From the NCBI GenBank assembly GCA_038740245.1, contig JAVYLZ010000004.1, forward strand, positions 1-39,946: a stretch of 39,946 nt of DNA, written 5' to 3'. Within the stretch, counting starts at the first letter, position 1; every line of letters starts with the position of its first letter. The DNA comes from Candidatus Micrarchaeia archaeon. Its GTDB lineage: Archaea > Micrarchaeota > Micrarchaeia > CAILAH01. Position numbers and translations under genes: made by a program. Below, one piece after another: positions 32,782 to 39,946 of the stretch. The notes beneath the pieces were generated by a model. The model made no database searches and was not told the DNA's origin. It worked only from the letters and a program-made list of their open reading frames with translations.

Positions 32782-33518
32782 TTTGTTCCACCAAACCCTT
32801 TCTCCTCTATCTCGTGAATCAGTGCGGGACCTCCTTGCCTGATTATGCGGCCGCCCTGCAGCACGTAAACGCGGCCAGGCTTAACGCCAAGGTAGTGTGT
32901 TATGCGCGGGCTGTGCGTGATGAGCAGGATTGCCGTCCCTTCCTTTGCGAGCGATGTGATTGCTGCGGCGGCCTTTTTCACTGAATCAATGTCCAAACCG
33001 GAATCAATCTCATCAAGTATGGCCACTTTTGGCTTTAGTGAAAGCATCTGCACAATCTCATTTTTCTTGCGCTCGCCACCAGAAAAGCCAACATTCACAT
33101 CACGCTGGCCAAACTCGCGGCCCAGCCCTGCCTTTGCTAGCAGGGATTCATACTCACCTGCAAATTCACCGGCACTTTGTGTGCTCCCGCGCGCCAGATG
33201 TGCCTGCCTAATGAAAGTTGAATTCTTAACCCCTGGGATTTCAGGGGGGTTCTGGAAAGACAAAAACAGGCCCTTGCGTGCACGTTCATAGGTTTTTGAT
33301 TTTGTAATATCACTTCCATCCAAAAAAATCCTGCCCTTCACTGAATACTCTGAAAATCCCATAATTGCGTGTGCAAGCGTGCTCTTGCCGGAGCCGTTCG
33401 GGCCCATAACCACGTGTATCTCACCCGGGCGAATGCCCAGTGAAACGCCCTCAATTATGCGCTTGCCATTTACTGAAACGCAAACATCCCTTAACTCAAG
33501 CATACTTTTCATAAGCAT
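32778..33518 (-). CDS. sufC: Fe-S cluster assembly ATPase SufC
   Basis: Walker A GPNGSGKST, ABC signature FSGGERKK, Walker B ILDEIDSGLD, H-loop ITH. 246 aa. Confidence 0.95.
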   Translation of the reverse strand: MLMKSMLELRDVCVSVNGKRIIEGVSLGIRPGEIHVVMGPNGSGKSTLAHAIMGFSEYSVKGRIFLDGSDITKSKTYERARKGLFLSFQNPPEIPGVKNSTFIRQAHLARGSTQSAGEFAGEYESLLAKAGLGREFGQRDVNVGFSGGERKKNEIVQMLSLKPKVAILDEIDSGLDIDSVKKAAAAITSLAKEGTAILLITHSPRITHYLGVKPGRVYVLQGGRIIRQGGPALIHEIEEKGFGGTK

Positions 33519-33555
33519 TGCCCCTCACTTCATATTTGGCATACATCGCCGCCAT

Positions 33556-34890
33556 TCACCCCACACTATTTTCCATCTCAAGATGTATGAACCGTGTGAG
33601 CTCAACCATATACTCAAGCGGCACCTCATTAAGCACCGGCTTGATGAACCCAGTAACGAACAGCATACGCGCATCCTGCTCGCTTATGCCCCTGCTCATC
33701 ATGTATGAAAGCTGCTCCTCTGAAACACGGCCGGCGGAGGCCTCGTGCGTAAACACAACACCTTCTGTCTCGCGTATATCTGAATATGGGTATGTTTCAG
33801 ATTTTGAATGCGCATCCAAAAGCAGTGAGTCGCACTTCACTGTGCACTGTGAATTCTTTGCGCCCTTAAGCACCTTTACAAGGCCGCGGTATACGCTGCG
33901 GCCATCGCCCATTGATATGCCCTTTGATATTATTGTTGAGCGCGTGTCCGGTGCAGCGTGTATCACCTTTGCACCGCTTTCCTTGACTGTGCCCGCAGGA
34001 GCAAGCGTAAGCGTAATGTGGCTTGCGCGTGCGCCCTTTCCCTCAAGCACGCTTGCCGGATAAAGCATTGATACTTTGGCACCAAGCGAGCCGCCCACCC
34101 ATTCCATTAGCGCGCCCTCACCGACACGCGCGCGCTTTGTATTTAGGTTGTATATGTTCTTGCTCCAATTCTGCACAGTTGTGTAGCGCACGCTGCTGTG
34201 CTTCTTTGCAACAACCTCAACAACCGCGGAATGGAGCGAGTGCTCATCATAAACGGGTGCTGTGCACCCCTCAATATAGTGCGCGCGCGAATTTTCCTCT
34301 GCGATTATGAGCGTGTGCTCAAACTGGCCCTCGCGCTTATCCTTCATGTAGAAGTATGTCTGCACTGGGAGGCTAACATCAACACCCTTCGGCACGTAAA
34401 GGAACGAGCCGCCGCTCCACACTGCATAGTGCAATGCCGAAAACTTGTTGTCATATATTGGCACAACTGAAGTAAAGTATCTGCGCACAAGGGTCGGATA
34501 TCTTTTGAGTGCCTCATCAAGGCTGCAGAATATAACCCCCTTCGATTCCCACTGCCTCTTCAAATTCTCATAAACGCCGCTTGACTGGTACTGCGCAACT
34601 GTGCCTGCAAGCATCTCCTGCTCTGCCTTTGGGATGCCCATCTTCTCGTAAACTGCACGTATGCTTTTTGGGACGTCCTCCCACCGGCGGGCGGCCGGCT
34701 TTTGCGGGCTGTAATAGCTTATTGCATCAAAATCAATCTCTGAAAGGTCTGGAACCTGCCATTTGGGGAGTGGCATGCGGCTGAATATCTTAAGAGCATT
34801 AAGCCTTAGCCGGAACATCCATTCAGGCTCGTTCTTATCCTGTGATATGCGGCGGACTGCCCTTGCATTCAACTGCATATGAAATACCAC
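33556..34890 (-). CDS. sufB: Fe-S cluster assembly protein SufB
   Basis: ...EPEWM...RL.AL..F....P.W......ID........, ...HT.I.AEE.S...YIEGCTAP....SLHSAVVEV.A......RYTT.QNWS.N.YNL.TKRA.... Full-length SufB pattern. Met5 (34878) is an alternative start. Confidence 0.93.
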   Translation of the reverse strand: MVFHMQLNARAVRRISQDKNEPEWMFRLRLNALKIFSRMPLPKWQVPDLSEIDFDAISYYSPQKPAARRWEDVPKSIRAVYEKMGIPKAEQEMLAGTVAQYQSSGVYENLKRQWESKGVIFCSLDEALKRYPTLVRRYFTSVVPIYDNKFSALHYAVWSGGSFLYVPKGVDVSLPVQTYFYMKDKREGQFEHTLIIAEENSRAHYIEGCTAPVYDEHSLHSAVVEVVAKKHSSVRYTTVQNWSKNIYNLNTKRARVGEGALMEWVGGSLGAKVSMLYPASVLEGKGARASHITLTLAPAGTVKESGAKVIHAAPDTRSTIISKGISMGDGRSVYRGLVKVLKGAKNSQCTVKCDSLLLDAHSKSETYPYSDIRETEGVVFTHEASAGRVSEEQLSYMMSRGISEQDARMLFVTGFIKPVLNEVPLEYMVELTRFIHLEMENSVG

Positions 34891-34907
34891 TTCCTAAAAC
34901 AGCGCAT

Positions 34908-35120
34908 TCAAAGCACTTCAACCAGAAAGGCCTTTTTGTTGACGGGGATAACCTTAACCCTGCTGCCCTTGGACACGCCCATATACCTGGCGAGGTCCTC
35001 GGGTATTGAAATTATGAGCGATTTGCCGGAGTAGCTGACCTTGCGCTCAAAATGCATGTTGCGCTTCTCAATGTTGGGTATTGCGTGCTCGCACGTTGCA
35101 CAGCTTTTTTTCACTGGCAT
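34908..35120 (-). CDS. small AbrB/MazE/SpoVT-type DNA-binding protein with an N-terminal Cys/His cluster, first gene of the suf operon
   Basis: 70 aa. The C-terminal half (GKSLIISIPEDLARYMGVSKGSRVKVIPVNKKAFLVEV) has the swapped-hairpin SpoVT/AbrB pattern. The N-terminus carries CATCEH. Ends 17 nt upstream of sufB. Confidence 0.55.
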   Translation of the reverse strand: MPVKKSCATCEHAIPNIEKRNMHFERKVSYSGKSLIISIPEDLARYMGVSKGSRVKVIPVNKKAFLVEVL

Positions 35121-35193
35121 TATATCACTGATTAGATTAGGGAAAGATAATTATTTAAGCACATTTTTTAAGTTTATCCGCTTAGATGTGCGC

Positions 35194-36219
35194 ATGGATG
35201 CAATACGCACAACACGCGAGATACTCAGTATTAAGTCGCCCTCCGGGCAGGAGGAGGAGCTTGCCTGCTACGTGCAGGAGAAGCTTGCCTCGCTGGGCAT
35301 AAAGTGCAAGGAGTATGCACATTCAAAAACATCAAAATCCATCGTTGCAAAAACCGGCGGGAAGGAAAAGCTCTGCATAAACTGCCACCTTGATGTGGTG
35401 CCATACGCCGGCACTCCTGTAAAAGAGGATGAAAACTATCTGTACGGGCCTGGTGCAGTGGATACAAAAAAGGACATCGGCCCGCTACTTTCCGCACTCT
35501 CAAAAATGGATGAAATTCCGGAAGGCCTCGTGCTGGCGTTTGATGCGGATGAGGAGTATTATAATACGGGCATTCTTGCTATATACAAGGATATACGCGC
35601 CCCAAAGGTGATTATAAATGAGGCGACAGGGCTGCAGGCCAACTACGGCTGGCTTGGCTGGGCAATCGCCACTATAAGTGCGAGGGGGCGGCAGATGCAC
35701 TCGTGCTACGGTGGCAGGGGGAATTCCTACAATACGCTGCTGGGCGTATGTGCAAAAACTGTGCAGTCCAAATTCAAAAAAAAGGATAAGCTGGGTGAAA
35801 GCGGTGTGCAGGTGCGTGAGATGGTGCTTGACCCGCAGGGGCACACGTTTGTGCCACCCAAAGCCGCCTGCAAGCTCCTGGTGCTCCAGAACACGCACTA
35901 CAACTCTCCACGGAAAATTGCGCAAGAGATTGGGCGGGGCGAGAAGAATATTAGTGTCGGCGTTTCCGACTTTTTCCCAGCACATATAGGAAAACGCAAC
36001 GGCCTCGCAAAAGAGCTTTCATTGCTTTCGGGCAGGGGTGTTGGGCTTGACAGGGCCTGGACAAATGCACACTACTTTAAGGAAAGGGATACTGTAATAT
36101 TTGGGTGCGGCGAGTACTTGCGCGCGCACACAAATGAGGAACGGGTGCCTAAAAAGCAACTTCTGCAGCTTGAGCAGATTTATCTCCGCTTAATGGAAAA
36201 AATTCAGAAAAATAGCTAA
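35194..36219 (+). CDS. M20-family metallopeptidase/deacylase (ArgE/DapE/LysK-like)
   Basis: Start at Met52 of the tracked ORF (MDAIRTTREILSIKSPSGQEEE...). Motifs HLDVVP, GPGAVDTKK (the GxGxxDxK type) and DADEE. 341 aa. Physiological substrate unknown. Confidence 0.8.
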   Translation: MDAIRTTREILSIKSPSGQEEELACYVQEKLASLGIKCKEYAHSKTSKSIVAKTGGKEKLCINCHLDVVPYAGTPVKEDENYLYGPGAVDTKKDIGPLLSALSKMDEIPEGLVLAFDADEEYYNTGILAIYKDIRAPKVIINEATGLQANYGWLGWAIATISARGRQMHSCYGGRGNSYNTLLGVCAKTVQSKFKKKDKLGESGVQVREMVLDPQGHTFVPPKAACKLLVLQNTHYNSPRKIAQEIGRGEKNISVGVSDFFPAHIGKRNGLAKELSLLSGRGVGLDRAWTNAHYFKERDTVIFGCGEYLRAHTNEERVPKKQLLQLEQIYLRLMEKIQKNS

Positions 36220-36311
36220 TGCACGAGCTGAAGCCTTTCCTTTTTCTCCCTCTGGTGGTCTCCCTTTTCTTTTGGAGAAGCTTAGCAATAAAGGAAAACG
36301 TGCAAAAATAG

Positions 36312-37013
36312 CTACTGCTGTGCAATGTGAGTATACTTAAACACTGGTGAGAATGCCGCTATCCAATACCCAATAAGCTCCATCTCCCCTGTGTCAACAA
36401 GCGTTAGGCACCTGTGCAGCAGTGAAACCGATTCCGGGTTTACCAGCCCTATTGACGGCTGCAGGGGCTCAATCAGGCTGCGCGGTATCTCAACACCCTC
36501 AAAATCCTGGAGCATCTGCTCATAATTATCCCGTATATAATCCACAGGCCTGCCCATCAGCATGCTTAGCAGGTTGAGCGCCTGATAGCGGGATTCAGGA
36601 TGAGACCGGACAATAAGGTAAAGCTCCATACCGTTCTGCGAGGAGTATTCCTCAAGGCCCTTTGCAAGCTGCGAGTAGATGCCCTCACGCCTGAACTCCG
36701 GGTCAACATATGCACCTGTCAGCTCATATGCGTATATCTTGGATATCCTAATAGGGTCCTCCGGGGACACGAGAGCGCTTTTTGAGATGTAGTAATTCAA
36801 AGATAGCGATGCGTACACAACTCCAACAGGGCGGTTATTTTTTTCAGCAAGAAGCATAACGCTATTGCTCTTTAGGAATTGCCTCTCAAACTCCTGTACC
36901 CTTTCAGGATGCGGGAGGTCTATATCAGCACGCACCTTTTCAGGAATGGACTCCAAAAGGCGCATGAACTTCTGCCGGGGTACACTTCGGTGCACCGATA
37001 GCTCCACACTCAT
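36312..37013 (-). CDS. putative GNAT-family N-acetyltransferase
   Basis: ...RPVGVVYASL... and ...AYVDPEFRREGIYSQLAKGLEEY... resemble GNAT motifs A/B (the R-x-x-G-x-G/A region). 233 aa. Weak assignment. Confidence 0.5.
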   Translation of the reverse strand: MSVELSVHRSVPRQKFMRLLESIPEKVRADIDLPHPERVQEFERQFLKSNSVMLLAEKNNRPVGVVYASLSLNYYISKSALVSPEDPIRISKIYAYELTGAYVDPEFRREGIYSQLAKGLEEYSSQNGMELYLIVRSHPESRYQALNLLSMLMGRPVDYIRDNYEQMLQDFEGVEIPRSLIEPLQPSIGLVNPESVSLLHRCLTLVDTGEMELIGYWIAAFSPVFKYTHIAQQ

Positions 37014-37066
37014 TTTGTATGTTCGCCGATTTTATATGTCGGCAATGTTTAAATACTTTTCTACGT

Positions 37067-37092
37067 GCGCGCGTTCGGCGGCAAACGCGCGC
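37067..37092. other. GC-rich hairpin between thyX (3' end) and the GNAT gene (5' end)
   Basis: gcgcgcgtt (37067-37075) pairs perfectly with aacgcgcgc (37084-37092). The loop is cggcggca. No adjacent oligo-T on the minus strand. Confidence 0.4.
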
Positions 37093-37120
37093 GTTCAGAA
37101 GCTCTGACGGGATTTTCGGC

Positions 37121-38731
37121 TCAGTTTATTTTGGAAAGCTTGCCGTCTATGCGCTTTTCGGCCTCAAGCCGCTCCAAATCATATTCGTTCAAATCAACAA
37201 ACTGCATAGGTTCGGCCAGCAGAGGGTGCACTCTTCTTATTTCTGCGTACATCATCTGTGCAATCCTTCTGTAGTCTGGATGGCCCTGCCGCTGGCTTCT
37301 CAGCTCTATAAGATGGTACGCCTCGCGCAAATTCATCCTTATGTACCATCGCACCCTGTACGCAAACGGCACCACATACTGTGCGTGCACAGGCGAAAGC
37401 GCAGCGAGTTTCCTATAAACGTCATCGGCAAATTCCATCGCTTCCTTAAAGTTTGCATCAACACCTGCATCCACAAGGTCATGCGGAAGATCATACCCAT
37501 TGGCTGTTGAAAGCAGCTGCCTCTCCTGTGTGAGTATCCTGTGCCTATGAAGGTCCCTGTACGCCCCAAAGTTTGAGCATATATCAAAAAGATAACTTGT
37601 GTTCTCAAAGGCGCGGCCTGGCCTGTGCCTCCGGTTCGTGCGGTTTCCAACATATTGTGCTATTATTTTGCGCTTTTCATCCGGACCAAGCGATTTGGCT
37701 CTTTCAATACAGCCGGACATAGGCGCGCCTGAACCTGAATAAAGTATGGCCGCAACCACCTTCTCTTCACCATCCTTATCGTAGTCCTCAAGTGAAACAT
37801 AACCTCCTTGTGCAGCGTGGGCAGGGAGTGCGCATTCACATTTGCAGCTTTTAATAAATGAAACAAACTCATCCCCGTGTGCGGAGTATGTGCGCCTCAG
37901 CAAAACCGGGAATACTTTGCTGAGCTCGCCGTGCATGCTTTTACCTATGTCCTGGATTTCACCAAGAGGTGATGCCCTACTGAGCGTGATTGCATACTCA
38001 AAAGCCCGCGCATTCCCGAACAGCCCGAAATTCGTAAGTGTTGATGCGGGGAGCAGGCCCCTCAGCGAGTCGCACACCTTTGCCCGTATGGCTGATTCAT
38101 ACGCACGTTCGCCTACATCTTCCCCGCGGGGGAATTTTTCGGTGTAGTATTTCTGCATTGGGCCCATGAGCGCCGTATATGTGTCAAAAAGCAAGTTGCA
38201 GCAAGAAAGGTAGTCATCTGCATATTTTGAGCCCATTATGAATGCATCCCTGTAAAACTGGTATTCCCCATCGATCTTTTCGTTGAAGTAGACATACCTG
38301 CTTGACTTCTCAAGCGGCGATAGGCCTATGCGCCGGTCCTCAAAAAACTTAGTTGCAAGATTGCTTGCCCGCTCAACAGCCAGATGGGCGCCCGCAAGCT
38401 CTGCCACAGAATCGTCCCCGTACTGGACAAGGACGCGCTCGTAGAATTTTTCGGCACGGTCAAGAGCCTGTGCTGGCTCATGCTCAGTCGGTGAGGGTAT
38501 CCCCGCCTCTGCATTCCCAATGAATTCATCAAGAAGGAGCCTCTTCAGGCCCTTCGGCGAGCGGCTATACCGCGAGAACAGCGTCCCCTTCACTATTTCA
38601 GGGAGGTTGGTAAGCACGAAAACATTGCCTTCCACGCTCGTGCAAAAACGTGCGAGAGTGGCCTTCTCGGTGGGTGAGAACTCATTGCCCGGCATAACCT
38701 GATTTTGGCAGCCACAAATAAAAGCTCGCAC
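37121..38731 (-). CDS. thyX: FAD-dependent thymidylate synthase ThyX, long (two-module) form
   Basis: C-terminal module carries the ThyX signature region ...AYRDLHRHRILTQERQ.... The N-terminal module carries a degenerate counterpart ...GTLFSRYSRSPKG.... 536 aa, about twice the canonical length. Start may be Met13 (38695). Confidence 0.85.
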   Translation of the reverse strand: MRAFICGCQNQVMPGNEFSPTEKATLARFCTSVEGNVFVLTNLPEIVKGTLFSRYSRSPKGLKRLLLDEFIGNAEAGIPSPTEHEPAQALDRAEKFYERVLVQYGDDSVAELAGAHLAVERASNLATKFFEDRRIGLSPLEKSSRYVYFNEKIDGEYQFYRDAFIMGSKYADDYLSCCNLLFDTYTALMGPMQKYYTEKFPRGEDVGERAYESAIRAKVCDSLRGLLPASTLTNFGLFGNARAFEYAITLSRASPLGEIQDIGKSMHGELSKVFPVLLRRTYSAHGDEFVSFIKSCKCECALPAHAAQGGYVSLEDYDKDGEEKVVAAILYSGSGAPMSGCIERAKSLGPDEKRKIIAQYVGNRTNRRHRPGRAFENTSYLFDICSNFGAYRDLHRHRILTQERQLLSTANGYDLPHDLVDAGVDANFKEAMEFADDVYRKLAALSPVHAQYVVPFAYRVRWYIRMNLREAYHLIELRSQRQGHPDYRRIAQMMYAEIRRVHPLLAEPMQFVDLNEYDLERLEAEKRIDGKLSKIN

Positions 38732-38804
38732 TTTATGCTGGGCTGCTGATGCTACCGCCTAAAATATATATAAACATTCCCTTAGAGTTATATCCGGGTG
38801 ATAT

Positions 38805-39191
38805 TTGATGAAATGGGACACTGTTGCAGAGTTTGCCTTTATAGGAGGCGTAATACTCGCTTTCATCATAGGGGCGCTGCCAGGCACCAATATGTATGCG
38901 TACACTGTGGTGATGTTTCTTGGTGTAATTGTAGGGCTTGTGAACATGTTTGACAAGAACCTTGAGCGCTTTATGAATGCGATAAACACAATCATACTCG
39001 CGGCAATCCTGTTCTACATCCTTGGATCGCAGGTCAACGACGCGATGCTGACTGCGCTTAAGAACATTGCAACGGCGATTGCATTCTTCGTGGGCCCTGT
39101 GGCGTTTGTGGCTGCAGTGAAGGACGTGTACAACCTGGCGATGGAATACAAGCAGGAGCGCAGGCCCCCTGAGAAAAAGAAGAGGAAATAA
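38805..39191 (+). CDS. small integral membrane protein (128 aa) with a basic C-terminal tail
   Basis: Four hydrophobic helices, then ...EYKQERRPPEKKKRK. The tracked ORF begins with a TTG codon, and an ATG follows immediately. No family recognised. Confidence 0.5.
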   Translation: MMKWDTVAEFAFIGGVILAFIIGALPGTNMYAYTVVMFLGVIVGLVNMFDKNLERFMNAINTIILAAILFYILGSQVNDAMLTALKNIATAIAFFVGPVAFVAAVKDVYNLAMEYKQERRPPEKKKRK

Positions 39192-39194
39192 GAA

Positions 39195-39946
39195 CTAGCC
39201 TGAAATCTCTTTTCCTATTTTCATTATTTCGCTGTGGCTGAGCTGGAATATTCGCTTATTGAGGGGTATGCCAGCACTCTGGATGTGCGCCAGCACCCGC
39301 TCCGGATTTTTGCCAGTTTCCCTGCAGTAAACACGTATGGACGATGAGAGCTGCTTTTGCCTGTGCTGGAAAAGCGTGGTTATCGCCTGGTGCACGGCAG
39401 GCGGGATGGGCGGGGCATGTGTTGGGGCAAGCTCAACGAGCGCGGAGTCAACCTTTGGCCGGGGCCTGAACGCCGACTTGGGTACGATAAAGTGCTCAAC
39501 TATGCTGAAATAGTGCTGTGCGAAAAAAGAGATGCGTGACATCTCACTGCCGCGTGCGCACAGCTTTCTTGCAAACTCCTTCTGGAACATAAGCACTGCG
39601 CGCCTAAACTTCCAGTCAATAAGCCTGAATGTAATGGCCGACGATATGTTGTAGGGCACATTGCCTACTATCAGGTCCACATCAAACGGCTCAAGCCCTA
39701 AAAAATCCCCTTGAATCACACGCACGTTCATGTTCTTGGAAAATTTATCACGCAGCAAAGATGCAAAGCGCGGATCCTTTTCAACAAGCGCAAGCTCTTT
39801 TGCAGAAAGGAGGCGCTCAGAAAGCCGGCCGTCGCCTGCCCCTATCTCAAGGACGCGCCTACCCTCCGGGGATATTATGCGCGCCTCCCTGTCAAGTATG
39901 CGCGAGTCCGAAAGAAAACACTGGCCCAATTTCCTGTTTTTTCTTA
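39195..39946 (-). CDS. rsmA: 16S/18S rRNA (adenine-N6,N6)-dimethyltransferase KsgA/RsmA/Dim1, N-terminus truncated by the window edge
   Basis: LGQCFL (the GQ.FL motif), SAM-binding VLEIGAGDGRLS, catalytic GNVPYNISS. The frame stays open upstream of the tracked TTG start (..RKNRK-LGQCFL) to position 39946, so the true start probably lies outside the window. Confidence 0.85.
   Translation of the reverse strand, partial: RKNRKLGQCFLSDSRILDREARIISPEGRRVLEIGAGDGRLSERLLSAKELALVEKDPRFASLLRDKFSKNMNVRVIQGDFLGLEPFDVDLIVGNVPYNISSAITFRLIDWKFRRAVLMFQKEFARKLCARGSEMSRISFFAQHYFSIVEHFIVPKSAFRPRPKVDSALVELAPTHAPPIPPAVHQAITTLFQHRQKQLSSSIRVYCRETGKNPERVLAHIQSAGIPLNKRIFQLSHSEIMKIGKEISG

Noticed and set aside
1-39946. 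CRISPR arrays, rRNA genes, IS elements and long exact nucleotide repeats.
   Set aside because: I found no regularly spaced direct repeats, no rRNA-like conserved blocks and no transposase or integrase-like ORFs. The only repeats are diverged protein-level repeats in the giant ORF and short palindromes in intergenic spacers.

Overview
Compact archaeal chromosomal window, hand-sampled at about 53-60% GC and almost fully coding. Archaeal hallmarks: TFB, aIF5A with the GKHG hypusine site, S24e/S27ae, Kae1, an archaeal-type SRP (7S) RNA, TATA-box promoters and mostly leaderless genes. The tight packing, an intron-containing tRNA at a non-canonical position, and split LplA/LplB next to a 2-oxoacid dehydrogenase operon point to a small-genome archaeon (DPANN/Micrarchaeota-like or Thermoplasmata-like). 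That placement is inference only. Housekeeping content: tfb plus a circularly permuted GTPase; tRNA-Asp; an eIF5A-S24e-S27ae-CPBP protease-Kae1-CDP-alcohol transferase operon; TatD; dCTP deaminase; a long-form ThyX; KsgA (cut by the window end). A roughly 15-kb cofactor block runs lipA, two unknowns, E1alpha/E1beta, a VIT-like membrane protein, E2, E3, lplB/lplA, then sufB-C-D-S-U. The most unusual items are these. (1) A 1644-aa lipobox/TM protein with ~80-aa helical repeats, a zinc ribbon and a C-terminal Roadblock/LC7 domain. (2) A ~2.7-kb low-GC island with three orphan genes. (3) A tRNA-Ser(GCU) with a 105-nt T-loop intron, downstream of the SRP RNA. (4) Very short divergent promoters built on single palindromic TATA boxes, one with a perfect 20-bp palindrome next to an ArsR gene. 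(5) A rubredoxin gene shorter than any ORF in the track. I saw no CRISPR array, rRNA, transposase or integrase.
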